Positions 40,085-54,596 of a stretch of DNA of 64,000 nucleotides are shown here, in pieces. The stretch comes from Octopus vulgaris (lineage: Eukaryota): assembly GCA_951406725.2 (NCBI GenBank), contig OX597819.1, positions 42,222,001-42,286,000 on the forward strand, given 5' to 3'. The notes beneath the pieces are model-generated. The model worked only from the letters and a program-made list of their open reading frames with translations, was not told where the DNA came from and made no database searches. The number at the start of each line of letters is the position of its first letter. The stretch's first letter is position 1. Both the position numbers and the translations under genes were made by a program.

Positions 40085-40543
40085 CAGGGGTCACTAAACT
40101 TTTCCACAGTGGGCCCGATAACTGAGAGAATGTCGAGCGCGGGCCGCATAACCATTTTGTTCAAAACAATACAGGGAATGCACAAAAACAAAATACCGAC
40201 ATATTTATTTATGAAGAGGTTATCAAAGAAAGCGATGTTAGCAATAAGTTATATCACACCAAGTGCGCACATGTCCGAATATTACAAACTAAACAACAAA
40301 AACTGTTGGTGAGATTTATGAAACTGGTGTTTAGCTTTTTAAGATATCATCAATATTTGCTTTGGAATTACTGCATCCAACCAAGAGAATTGCTTTCAAA
40401 TGTTCATCAATCAACCTTGTCCGACGTGCTGACTTCACATACTTCATTTTTGATATTGTTTGCTCACAGACATAAGTTATTCCAAATACTGATACCATAG
40501 CAGAGGCAAATTTCTTCAACTTTGAAAATTCATCATCAGGTAT
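40085..40543 (-). mobile_element. hAT transposon 3' end (dimerisation domain plus TIR)
   Basis: FGITYVCEQTISKMKYVKSARRTRLIDEHL. Terminus CAGGGGTCACTAAACTTTT. Confidence 0.8.
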
Positions 40544-42354
40544 GTGAGTACGTGTATGTGAGTACGTATATGAGAGTACGTGTATGTGAGTACGTGTGTA
40601 TCTGTGTACAAATATCTGAATGTGTGCATGCATGCTTGCATAATATGTCACTGCGTACGAGAATAATTGAAGATTTTGACATACATACACACATCCATAC
40701 ACGACACAATACATACATACATACATCCATACACGACACAATACATACATACACAAACACACATACATACATGCATACATACATATATACATACATATAT
40801 GCGTATATGCATATATAAACACACACAGACACACAGACAGCAGGGATATATGCACACGTGTGTGTTAAAATACTGATACAAATTTATAAGCATTGTAGAG
40901 CCTAAACTAATGGAATGCTTCACAAGTTCCATTTATAGCTCGTAGTACTAATTTTCCCAGTATGTGTGTGTATGTCCTTGGTATGTCTTTAAGCTAAATC
41001 CAGTAGCAGAACCATGATACGAGAGTCTTGGGGATTTGAGGAGCGTGGGGCTACTTAGCAGTTATTGTCCCCAGGTGAGATCCGGTGTACTAGCTCCTGC
41101 TAAGAACCCAGCTTTGGCACACTTAGGTTGTCACGGAAATGCTTCTGAAAGACCATCACTTACCGATACGCCAAAGCACCCATGGTGGGTGAAATCCTTC
41201 AGCTCTTTAACTGTTCATGTAAGGGAATGTAACTCCATACAAATCCTGCATCTGAACTGGTTTTGTGGCGGTTGTTGCACCAAGCCAATACATGTTTGAA
41301 GGACGAGAGAATGCACAAACCATGCCCACTATAACAATATTCATTGTTGGTCAGCAGGTTGGTCACCAGGCTGGTTAGCAAACTAAAACACCAACACCAG
41401 CAACAGTACCGTCACACTTTCTTCATGATTCCAGTGGAGACAGGGAAAGAGACGACAGAGACAGGTCGAGGATTCTGCTGGAAGTCTTCAGCTTTGACCC
41501 CGCACAAAGTCAGTTACAGGGAAAAGGTTGTCTTCCACAGATCTACATTATAAAGCTGTGTCTTGATGAGGCTTCGCACGTTGAAGCAAGGTACGAGAGT
41601 CCATCATGTGTGTATGGACGGAACTATAGCCGAATGGCAACCAAGGGGTCTCTCGTTCGATCCCGCTGCATGGTATCTTGAACAAGTTTTTTCTTCAATA
41701 GCTTGGAGTTGACACGCACCTAAAACATGTATTAGAAACTATGCTGAAGCTCATTGGATGGATTGTATCCGCAATTCAAGCAATAAAACCTTGTGATCGC
41801 TGTTTTATATTGATCCCGAGGATCGGGTTAACGAAATAGATAACTGCGGAATATTCATCCACTCTCAAGCTAAAACAATGAAGTGCGTGCTTTGTTGATC
41901 GATCAATTAGAAAATTAATCATAGAAACCGACTCTGTATTATGGATGTAAGCGCATGTATGTATGTATGTATGTATGTATGTATGTATGTATGTATGTAT
42001 GTATGTATGTATCTATGTGTGTATGTATGTATGTATGTAACTGTGTATGTATGTATGTGTGTATGTATGTATGTATGTGTGTGTATGTATGTATATGTGT
42101 GTATGTGTGTGTGTGTATGTATGTATGTATGTATGTGTGTGTATGTATGTATGCGTGTATATGTATGTATATATGTATGTATATTATGTATGTTTTGCAT
42201 ATATGTGCGCAAGAATGTATGTGTATATGAATGTATAAATGTATATATATATATATATATGCTTGCATGTTATGCATGTGTGTATGAATGTATATATATT
42301 TTGTGATATAGATATGTTTATAAATGTATGTATGTATATGTATATGTATAGTTG

Positions 42355-42385
<31 letters not shown>

Positions 42386-42880
42386 CAACCATCCACACAC
42401 ATACACATATATGTAGACACACACACACACATACACATATATGTAGACACACACACACACATACACATATATGTAGACACACACACGCATACACACACAC
42501 ACACACACACACACGCACGTATATTACCTTTGAAGGTTTTTATTCCCATGCTGGCCACCTGATAAGTTCGAAATTTAAATAACGATCTTATCCTTATTTA
42601 CATAAATTTATATATTTACTTCGTCATTATATTCACTGTGGTGGTATTTTGACTATATCGCACGAGGAGTTCAGGTGGGAAATTTAAACTGGTCGTGTGC
42701 ATATGTATGTATACGTGCGTATATGTAAATATTCGTATGATGTATATATACTTATAAATGTTCACAGCCTTGGTTGTTTTTTTTTATCTCATTCTGAAAT
42801 AAAATTTTATATATATGTATGTGTATGTATATGTATATGTCTATATATATATGTATATATATGTAAATGTATATACATGA

Positions 42881-42931
<51 letters not shown>

Positions 42932-43127
42932 TGTGTGTATACGTATATATATGTATATGTCTTTATATATGTATATGTATATATATGTGTGTATATATAC
43001 ATATGTATATGTATATGTATATATATGTATATGTCTATATATGTATCTTCTTTCCTGAGCGTCCAACAATACTTTATTTGTTCCACCTTCTTGCGTTGTT
43101 GTGTTTTTTTGTTTCTTGTTTGGATTA

Positions 43128-43186
<59 letters not shown>

Positions 43187-43403
43187 GTATATGTATATAT
43201 GTATCTATATATTCATAGAATGAGGTAGAATGGAAGGAAGAGGGAGAGAGAGAGTGAGCGTGCATGTGTAATATAGTAAATGCGTCTATGTTTGCACGCG
43301 ATTATTCAGGTACCTGAAACAATTAGCGAAAGAATGGTACATTTTATCAAACCATTCTCGCCTGCGAATGATTGAGATTGAACTTACGAACACGCACAAG
43401 CAC

Positions 43404-43448
<45 letters not shown>

Positions 43449-43494
43449 CGCACACACACTTACACAGACAAACACACACACAAACGCTCGCATA

Positions 43495-43827
43495 TTGCGT
43501 GTCGGACAGTATGCTTCGCTGCATTTCGTCCGTCCTTACGGGGTCGATGCGTTAAATACCAGTTAAGTACTGGGGTTGAATTTATCAACTCACTCACTTC
43601 CCTATATTTCCGGCTTTGTGTTTATTGTAGAAATAAGATGGCGAGCTGGCAGAAACGATAGCACGCCGGACAAAATGCTTGGCTGCGTTTCGTCCGTCTT
43701 CACGTTCTGACTTCAAATTACGACGAGGTCGACTTTGCCTTTCATCCTTTTGGGGCCGATAAATTAAGTACCAGTCGACGAGTCCCCTCCCCCAAAATTC
43801 CAAGGCCTTGTGCTTTCAGTCGAAAGG

Positions 43828-43901
<74 letters not shown>

Positions 43902-44103
43902 GGCGGTGAGCTGGCAGAATCGTTAGAACCCCAGGCGAAATGCTTCGCAGTTTTCCTCTGTCGCTACATTCTGAGTTCAAATTCCGCTGAGGTCGACTTA
44001 GCTTTCGGGGTGGGTAAATTAAGTACCAGTCGAGTACTGGGACTAATGTCATCGTCTATGCCCCTCCGCCCCAATTTCAGCCCTTGTGTCTGTAGTCGAA
44101 AGG

Positions 44104-44183
<80 letters not shown>

Positions 44184-44392
44184 GGCGGTGAGCTGGCAGA
44201 ATCGTTGGCACGCCGGATAGAATGCTTAGCAGCATTTCGTTCGTCTTTATGTTCTGAGTTCAAATTCCGCCGAGGGCGACCTTGCCTTTCATCCTTTTGA
44301 TTCGATGAAATAAGTGCCATTTGAACTCTGGAGTCGATCTAATCAACCCCGCCAACTGAGGCAAAATTTGAAACCTTTATTTTTATTATTGT

Positions 44393-44451
<59 letters not shown>

Positions 44452-44870
44452 GGCGAACTGGCAGAATTGTTAACATGCCGGGCAGAATGTTTCGCGGCAT
44501 TTCGTCCGTCCCTGCGTTCTGAGTTCAACTTTGCTTTCCATCCTTTCGGGGTCGGTGAAATAAGCACCAGTGAAACATTAGGGGTCGATGTAATCGATAA
44601 GCATCTTACTCCCAAATTTCAGGCCTTGGGCCAATAGTAGAAAGGAGTATTAAAGCGGTGAGCTGGCAGAATCGTTAGCAAGCCGGGCGAAATGCTTCAC
44701 GGCATGTCATCCGTCGCTATACTCTGAGTTCATATTTCGACTAGGTAGACTTTGTTTTTCAATCTTTCGGAGTCACTGAAATTAGTACCAGCTGGACACT
44801 GGTATCTATGTAATCGACTATCTTTCCCCTGCCCACCGATTTCAGGCCTTGCGCTAATAGTAGAAAGGGT
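43495..44870 (+). mobile_element. Head-to-tail array of about six family B SINEs, several separated by (ATT)n/(AAT)n
   Basis: Heads GGCGGTGAGCTGGCAGAA at ~43640, 43902, 44184, 44452 and 44655, plus a decayed copy at ~43495. Confidence 0.9.
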
Positions 44871-45244
44871 TCTTATTATCATTTACACTATATCGTGATG
44901 GTTTTGTGTTATAGTAGTATTATATATCTTTGTAAAGAGCAAATACATCGTTGAAGGGCCATTTCTCACCATTTAAAACCAAAGAAAACTTGTTAAAATC
45001 ACTTCCCATTTATTTATTGAGATGTCAAAATTATTGTCGTCCACCTGCAGCTCCCGGTCACTGACACAGTTCTACAACTGATGCAGTAAGTAAACAATGT
45101 AAAAGATATTATCAACACGTGAACACATATCAGATAATCGTAAATACGTTTTTAATATAATAAACACGTGAAAGAGCGAGCTCCGAGTTTTACACACACA
45201 CACACACACACGCACACACACTATATATATATACATACATGTGT

Positions 45245-45527
45245 ATATCACCGTGTTCACCGTGACTGACCAGGCTATCAGATGTTGCTACACATCGCTG
45301 GACACAATGCGTTCGCATTGTTTTTTTAGCCTTCGAATGATGCGACCCCGCTGGCTAAGCGAGCAGGCCATCAGAAGAAAGATGTGGCGAAAGAGTACAG
45401 CAGGGATCCCCCCCCCCTCCCGCCGGAGACTCGTGGAGCTTTTTAGGTGTTTTCGCTCAATAAACACTCACAACGTCCGGTCTGGGAATCGAAACCACTG
45501 CCCTAACCACTGGGCCATTGAGCCTCC
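45245..45527 (-). mobile_element. SINE family C with alternative tail
   Basis: Same head. Tail ..CAGCGATGTGTAGCAACATCTGATAGCCTGGTCAGTCACGGTGA. Confidence 0.8.
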
Positions 45528-45589
45528 ACACGTGTATATACATATAAATATACATATGCAAACATAAATCTCACTCTCTCCGTCTCCCC

Positions 45590-45652
<63 letters not shown>

Positions 45653-45667
45653 TACATATGCATCGTT

Positions 45668-45709
<42 letters not shown>

Positions 45710-45821
45710 GAGATGGTAAGCGTTTTTAATTTTCATTCCTTCCGTGAATTTATCCTTTTTTGTGGTCTTGAGATTTCTACTGCTCTTTCTAGCACAACGC
45801 TTTCCTATTTGGAAGCCTCTT

Positions 45822-45874
<53 letters not shown>

Positions 45875-46131
45875 GCATACATACACACATATACATACAG
45901 GCACAAAAACATGTACTCGCACACACGCACGCACACACACACACACTCGTCATAGAAAATCCCACATACATGTACGTGCATGTATGCATGTTTGAATGTT
46001 CGCATGGAGGTAAGTGTATACGTGTGTGTAAATGTAAGGTAAATTTACGAGCAGGTGCTTCAAGTACGCACACATTTGTTTTATCTTCATTGTTGGTTAA
46101 ATCACAGATTTCTCGCTTTCTTTCCATTCCG

Positions 46132-46198
<67 letters not shown>

Positions 46199-46381
46199 GT
46201 CTGTCTATCTATCTATCTATCTGATACATGATCCCTATTGATCGTCGCCACCATTTTTTTTTCTTCACAATCCCTTTTGGTCGGAATTCGACCCTTTTTT
46301 TCCTTCTCTTCTTCCCAAAGAGAAAAGCTCTACTTTGTATTTTGTCCCTTCTGTTTTCAGCCCTGCGTGGCCAATAATGAA

Positions 46382-46468
<87 letters not shown>

Positions 46469-47122
46469 CTGTTGTTTAAGTGAGATATCTACGTTACACA
46501 CTACAACTAAAAAAAATGCTTGCTTATAACAAACACGCTCGTATGTTTACCTGACCTCACTACTTATTCTCCTGTATTGTTGTAGCCTCTATCTATTAAT
46601 ACACACACAGTTGTACAGGTGCCCGCCCATGCACACATATACATATGTAGGGAAAAGTCAGCGCAAATAAATATATTAGCATACATTAATCATATGTATG
46701 TATCAATGCTGTACATGTGTGCATGCAACTGAACCGGCTGAGTATAGAGAAGATAGAATGACATTTATGAGGTTAGTTAGTTTGACAAATACACATTCGC
46801 ACAGCTATTTAAGTATGTATGCATATATGTATATATGTTTTTGTGTAGGTGTGTGTGTACGTATGTTGACAGATACATAGAAACATAGAAAGATAAATAT
46901 TTGCACATGTACATAGACAGAACGACAAACATATAAAATGATACAATGACAGAAATATTCATTAATGTATATATATATATATATATATATATCAGCCGAA
47001 ATTGCGAAGATGATCCGGTTCTTGACTGAAGATTGAAGGCTTCGAATGTCCCGTCCGTGTTTTTTGTATCGTCTTCTAAATGTTTCCCGTTCTTGTCCCA
47101 GTTTGTATTTTTTTACATTTAC

Positions 47123-47220
<98 letters not shown>

Positions 47221-47360
47221 GCATATATATATACATATATATATATATATGCATACATACACACACGCACACACACACACACACACCACACACACACACA
47301 CACACATATAGTTACAACTATTGTAAAGGTTGCAAGACGAAACGAAAATTTTAGGAAAAA

Positions 47361-47530
47361 GGCGCAGGAGTGGTTGTGTGGTAAGTAGCTTGATTACCAA
47401 CTACATGGTTCCAGGTTCAGTCCCATTGCGTTGTACCTTGGGCAAGTGTCTTCTACTATAGCCTCGAGCCGACCAAAGCCTTGTGAGTGGATTTGGTAGA
47501 CGGAAACTGGAGGAAACCCGTCGTATATGT

Positions 47531-47609
<79 letters not shown>

Positions 47610-47835
47610 TGTGTGTGTATATGCTTGTGTGTCTATGTTTGTCGCCCACCACCCAACATCACTGACAGCTGGTGCTGGTGCGTTTACGTCTCCGTTATCT
47701 AGCGGTTCGGCAAAACAGACAGATAGAATAAGTACTAGGCTTACAAAGAATGAGCCCTGGGTTCGATTTGCTCGGCTAAAGGTGGTGCTCCAGTATGGCC
47801 GCAGTCAAATGACTAAAGCATGTCAAACTAGAAAA
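47361..47835 (+). mobile_element. SINE family A, full length, with internal (AGAT)n
   Basis: GGCGCAGGAGTGGTTGTGTGGTAAGTAGC..GCACCTTGGGCAAGTG-like CORE segment..GCAGTCAAATGACT. Confidence 0.9.
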
Positions 47836-47921
47836 ACAAAACTACATGAGTGGAACCGGTGAGTGTGTTAAATAATAAGGCACTAAAAGAGAATGATTCC
47901 GATTCTCCTCAGACACAATAC

Positions 47922-47980
<59 letters not shown>

Positions 47981-48045
47981 GTATGTATAAATATATGTAT
48001 ATGTATGTATATATATATATATACATGTATATGTATGTATGTATG

Positions 48046-48083
<38 letters not shown>

Positions 48084-48284
48084 TATATACACTCAATGCG
48101 ACACGTGCAATATATATATATATATATGCATATGTGCATGTATGTATGTATATTATATTAATACGTAGAAATGTAGCGAGAGAGAGAGAGAGGTAAATAG
48201 AAAGAAGCAGACATAGACAAATAGCGTGGTAATTAATTAAATAGAAAGATAAATTAATAATAAAACTGAATTAATTGAACCTAC

Positions 48285-48462
48285 CTCCCCCATTGCGGTA
48301 ACAGATATAAGGAAATCTCCAGACGTTTCCCAGATCCACAGCAAAACCAATAACAGATAACAGAAATTCCGCTTTTTTACCCCATTGCTCCCTTTCGGGT
48401 GGCTCGGATTTTGCAGCGGGTGGCTGCGTGTTTGCAGTTATGATAACATCCGATTTCTCCAT
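48285..48462 (-). CDS. SLC6A4: First coding exon of an SLC6 monoamine transporter, serotonin transporter (SERT)-like
   Basis: [36 protein letters not shown] matches TM1 with the monoamine-binding Asp. DLGN and YICY are SERT-type (DAT/NET have DLAN and YLCY). Kozak ACCATGG with an upstream in-frame TAG. Donor GGAG|GTAGGT at the conserved phase-1 position. Confidence 0.88.
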
Positions 48463-48573
48463 GGTGCCTTGACCACCCTAACTCGTAGACAGCTCGTTAA
48501 ATTCTGGGTCCCAATCTAGATAAGTGTTGATGTGTGGGTATGTCGGCTTGTGTGTGTGTGAGTGTATGTGTGT

Positions 48574-48630
<57 letters not shown>

Positions 48631-48729
48631 TGTGTGTGCCTGTCAGTGCGTCAGAACAACACGTGAAAAGAATTACATTGGCAAAACTTTTAGGTCCGTG
48701 TGTGTGTATGTGTGTGTATATATCTGTGT

Positions 48730-48770
<41 letters not shown>

Positions 48771-48972
48771 TGTATGTGTGTGTGTGTATGTGTGTGCATG
48801 TGTGCTGTGCTAGTATATTCTAAGAGTTTACGTGCGTGTATAGTGTATACATGTGTTTGTGGGATGTGTGATTACGAGTATATATGCATCAATATATTTG
48901 AGCATGTATGTATATATATATGTGTATATGCAAATACATGCGTATATATCATATATATGTATATGTGTGTGC

Positions 48973-49033
<61 letters not shown>

Positions 49034-49790
49034 AACACACAAACACAGTCTTCTGTATTGTGTGTCTATCTTTAATGTCTGGCGGCGTGTGATCTGCTGG
49101 TACGCAGCTGTGATGTTGGAGTTGGTGGAGATAAAGGTAGTGGTCGCGGTGGTTGTGGGTGATAAAGCTGACGTGGTGGTGGTGGTGGTGGTGGTGGTGG
49201 TGGTGGTGGTGGGTGGTGGTGGTGGTGACGGTGGGGGTCTCAGCAGCAGCGATGGTGCAGAAGTGAAGGCGTGGGGGTGCCAGCAGTTGTTGTGACGATG
49301 GTGATGGTGGTGGCGGTAGGAAGGAATATCGACAGGGTGACTTTAGTCGGTGTGCGTGAGACGTAATTCTGTATATATATATATATATGTATATATATAG
49401 TGGTGTTTGTATGTATGTATGTGTATATGTGTGCACGTGTATGTGTGTGTGTATGTATGTACATATATTTATACACACACGTAATATACGTATATGTATG
49501 TGTATGTATACCTGTACGTATATATATATATATATAATATAGATGTAATCTATACTTATATTTATATTTACTTATATTTATATTCTCTTTTTTATATATA
49601 TTCTACTTATTATACAACACTACTCCTTTAAGTACACTTTTTTATGTACATTCCTTTGTGTACACTGATTTGTTCTGCTTTTTTATGTTTAACCCTACAG
49701 TCTCTTATGTGGTGGTTTAATAAAGTATGTGATTGAGTATTATCTGATAATTGATATTTGATTTAGATGTATTTCTCCTTTTTCTTATCT

Positions 49791-49826
<36 letters not shown>

Positions 49827-50177
49827 CACGTATGTGTATATAAATATATACATACGCATATATACATACTGACATATATATCCACTAACACAAATATATA
49901 AACTCTGTGTGTGTGTGTGTGTGAGTATATGTATATATAAATATGTGTGTATGTATATGTATAAGTGTAGACGTATTTAAATGTTTACACACACACACAT
50001 ATGTACTAACATAAATATATACACTGTATGTGTGTATGTGATTGTGTGTGTGTATGTATGTCCACAAAGGCACGTCACACACAGATATACTGGTTTGCCT
50101 GACAGTAACACAAATCTATGTTCACACGTGTATATATGTGTGTGTGCGTGTGTGTGTCTGTGTGTCTGTGTGTGCGT

Positions 50178-50230
<53 letters not shown>

Positions 50231-50524
50231 CACACACATATATGCATAAATATATATGTCACTTTGAACTACACAATCGCACACACATCCCCCCCACCCG
50301 GTCTGTTTCTTTCACACACATGCTCAAATACAATGACACACCCACAAATATTAGAAATGTGTGCAGAAACGTTTGACAATCTATATAAGAGCAGACAAGG
50401 ATGTGTCGTTTTACGAGTACGCTTTACAGTACCGTAGTTTTGTGTTCACACCCACTATGTGACACCCTGGGTGTCCTCTGCTATAGTCGTGGGCCAGCTA
50501 ATTGATATGCGAGTGAAGCCGTAA

Positions 50525-50574
<50 letters not shown>

Positions 50575-50612
50575 GTATATATGTGTGTGTGTGTGTGTAT
50601 ACATATGTATGC

Positions 50613-50668
<56 letters not shown>

Positions 50669-50857
50669 ATATATATCTATATGTATATATGCGAGTATAT
50701 ATATATATATAATATCATATATGCATGTAATACCGAGATTGTGTATAACAGATATATATATATATATCTGATCTGCGAATGACGGACGATGATGATGACG
50801 ATGACGACGACGATAATGATGATAAAGAGGATGATGATGAAGAAGATGATGATGATA

Positions 50858-51100
50858 TATCTGGGGTTGTATGTGGATATGTAAGGTAGTATTTTCGGGG
50901 AAGGTGTGTTGTTGTGTTGAACTTTTCTTAAAGTTTCTATGTTGATTTCTGTTGCACGTCTGATCCCATCCTCTATGAGTTGAGCTGGGTAATGTCTGTC
51001 AATTAGGGTGTTTTTGAGTTCTTGCAGTCTAAAGTTCCTGGTATTTTGTTCTGACACTATTGTGCATATCCTTCTTGCAAGGTTGAAGGGGATATTCTTC
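50858..51100 (-). mobile_element. Penelope-like RT thumb fragment
   Basis: [34 protein letters not shown]. Confidence 0.8.
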
Positions 51101-51159
51101 TGAATAGCGTCAAACAATCATGACAGGCCTTGGTATAGCTCTGTTGGTTATATGATCTC

Positions 51160-51390
51160 TAGTCGATATTAAAAAAGTTTCTCAATAACTTAATAAATAA
51201 CCTACCTATTATTATTTCTAGGTTTCGTGTTAGAATCCATATTTCTGTATTGTGTGGCAGAATACTTTCTACACATGTCCAGAAAAGTCTAAGTTTCTCT
51301 CTTCTGTCCATGTTAGACTTCCATATTTTGTCCATCTTGTTGCAGCCCATGCTAAGTCTTCCCTTACATTAAAATCATCCTCTGTAACAT
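51160..51390 (-). mobile_element. RTE-like LINE fragment
   Basis: CNKMDKIWKS..KLRLF..CVESIL..EIW. Confidence 0.65.
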
Positions 51391-51779
51391 AGGCTTAACA
51401 AGACATATCAAACCAAAGCAATGGTCATAGACTGCTGTTAAACCTGTTCCGAAGAATACCACAGCTTCCATGGTACCAGACTTAAAATGTAGCATGGCTG
51501 CAATCTATAGACTGAAACAAGTACAAGAAGATAAAAGAAATAAATACACATAAACATAGACATACACATATATATTAGTTTATATATACATGCATATATA
51601 CGAAAATATACAGTTTTTTAGGTCATTTCCTTGAATTTAAAACAATGCATAGCTCATCAAAGAAAAGCTGGGTTTGGAAACAAAATGGCACAAATAAACC
51701 CGAGGATCCTTTTATCACACCTAGTCAATGAATTCACTGTTAATATCAATATCTGCTTCAATACAGGGTTTGAAGCGTT

Positions 51780-52020
51780 AACATGCCTGAATCAGACGAT
51801 CTTTATCAATTTTGGCAGACTTAAGAGATTCTATAGTGTTATGGGGGTTGTTGATTGACCTCTCTCTCGACCACACCCAATACATAAAAGTCCAGTGGAT
51901 TGAGGTCTGGTGAGCTTGGAGGTCATGTGTCTGGGACAACATGGTCATAGAGATTGGCATGCAGCTAGGCTTGGGTTATCCTAGCTTTATGAGACGGTGC
52001 AGAGTCTTGTTGGGAGACGT
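51780..52020 (-). pseudogene. DD37D (maT-family) Tc1/mariner transposase remnant
   Basis: QQDSAPSH..*PPSSPDLNPLDFYV with 37 residues between the 2nd and 3rd Asp. Two Trp codons are mutated to stops. Confidence 0.8.
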
Positions 52021-52308
52021 ACGCCATATAAAAATGTTTATAAATGGGAGACGTACATCATATAAAAATGTTTATAAAATTCAAATATATAAAATAAATT
52101 AAAATTAAAATTAAAATTAAAACAAAAACTTAATACAGAAATGATGGAACAAAAATGTTATATCTTGGGAGGGTCATTTTGTCAATAATAAACACCCACA
52201 CTGGTTGTTTTTCACTTCTTTATTATTTATTTGTTAATTGGTGAACTATCTAACGAGTTAACTTACTGAACATTGGATCAAACATTTGGTTTGCCAATCA
52301 GTTAGGTT

Positions 52309-52351
52309 TGTCAAAGTCCTTTCGTCGCCATCCGCAACCTCATCAATGAGA
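52309..52351 (-). ncRNA. Minimal hammerhead motif, U3-G8 core variant
   Basis: TCTCA-TTGATGA-G-GTTGC-GGATG-GCGAC-GAA-AGGACT-T-TGACA. Confidence 0.55.
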
Positions 52352-52849
52352 TGTCCCGTCTACGCCAGGTCTACTTCAGAGAGATAAGAAAATGTCAGGG
52401 AAACCGTGTTGGTAATGAGAACACAGAATACGGAGCATAAAAACAAAAACATAAAGTCAAAAATCAGGGAAGAAGAACAAACGGCAAGGAGTAAAAGTTA
52501 ACATAGATAAGTGTATAGATAAAGCTAGGCCACAATTCAAAAATCGTCGCTCATAACGTTGATAAATTGATTTGAGACAGATTTAGAAACATTGAACTTG
52601 TCAAGAGGGAATCTCAGGATCAAGTGACATCGAGGATCAGTAGTGAGAAAACTACCAGAACGGAGCTGTGTCGAATTACTATAGAGACTCACTAGAAAAT
52701 ATTTAAGCTTCAATCATTAATATTCTTTCTATTAAAAGCACAAAGCTTGAAATTTTATGAGAAGGGGCTTCCCGATTATATTGTCTCCAAGAGAGCGAAA
52801 GAGGGAGTCGACGTCTGCGGTATAAGGAATCGGAAGAAATGACACAAAA

Positions 52850-53389
<540 letters not shown>

Positions 53390-53393
53390 TATT

Positions 53394-53824
53394 CAGGTGC
53401 TAGAGCATAACATACCGGACCTAGTGGTGGTGGACAAGGTCTACCACATATGCTATATAATTGATATTGCACGCCCCTTTGGCCAACGAATAGTCAAGAA
53501 GGAAGGTGAAAAGATAGACAGATACAACTCTCTTTAGTATGAAATAGCCCGGCTATGGGAAATGAAGAAGGTGAAGATAGTGCCAGTTATTGTTGGGTAC
53601 TTGGGGTCAGTATCAGAATGCATCAAGAGGAATATAAAGGAAATTGGAATAGGGTGCCCTATAGAAATATTACAAAAGGTTTGCCTCCTCCGCACGGCCA
53701 GAATAATCAGGAAAGTATTAGATGGTTGAAAAGAATGAATAGCATGGTACCGTAGGCTGCATGTAGTAAGCCCGCAACGCATGCAAGACTCCAGGAGCTC
53801 CAACAAAACCTGTGATAAAGAGAA

Positions 53825-53826
<2 letters not shown>
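53394..53826 (+). mobile_element. R4/Dong-type LINE 3' end inserted in (TAA)n
   Basis: LEHNIPDLVVVDK..IIDIA..EK..Y..RLW..VPVIVGYLG..LQKVCLLRTARIIRKVL, followed by (AAT)n. Confidence 0.85.
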
Positions 53827-53891
<65 letters not shown>

Positions 53892-53911
53892 TATTATTAT
53901 TATTATAATTA

Positions 53912-53959
<48 letters not shown>

Positions 53960-54529
53960 ATTACTATTATTATTATTATCATTATTATAATTATCATTAT
54001 TATATAAAACGTTAAGGTAACAACTTATATATACGATAAAAAATAAAACAATGAGAGGAACGTAATCATAATTATCGCAGTCATTAGTGAGCAAGTATAT
54101 TATTTGAAATTTAAATTTAAAATTTCTTAATTAGAAATACAAAATTGTTTTTAAAAATATACATAAGATGGCCGAAAAACAAATTCTGATCAACATAAAA
54201 TAGATTTCGCAGTATCATGAACCACGTGTCAAGGTCATATGATGAATTAACATCATCTGATGAAATGATTGTGGTGTAAATGCATGGCCAGATACTAGAC
54301 AATCGTCACAAGATTCAAAGAATGAGAATGGCAAGAGGAAGGAGAGAAGTAAAGAAGTGAATTACGGAAACTTGTAAGCCGAAGCAAATATACATTGTAC
54401 GTAAATAAATTACATATAGGAGAAAAATGTTTAATCTATTACTGGTGAACAGTTATTAATTTTGAGTAATGAAGTAACAAAATAACCACTTAATGTTCGA
54501 TATATTCAATTAATAACTAATATAGATAT

Positions 54530-54596
<67 letters not shown>

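Noticed and set aside
43495-44870. CRISPR-like array
   Set aside because: Units are ~200-bp SINEs with microsatellite spacers in a eukaryotic context, and there are no cas genes.
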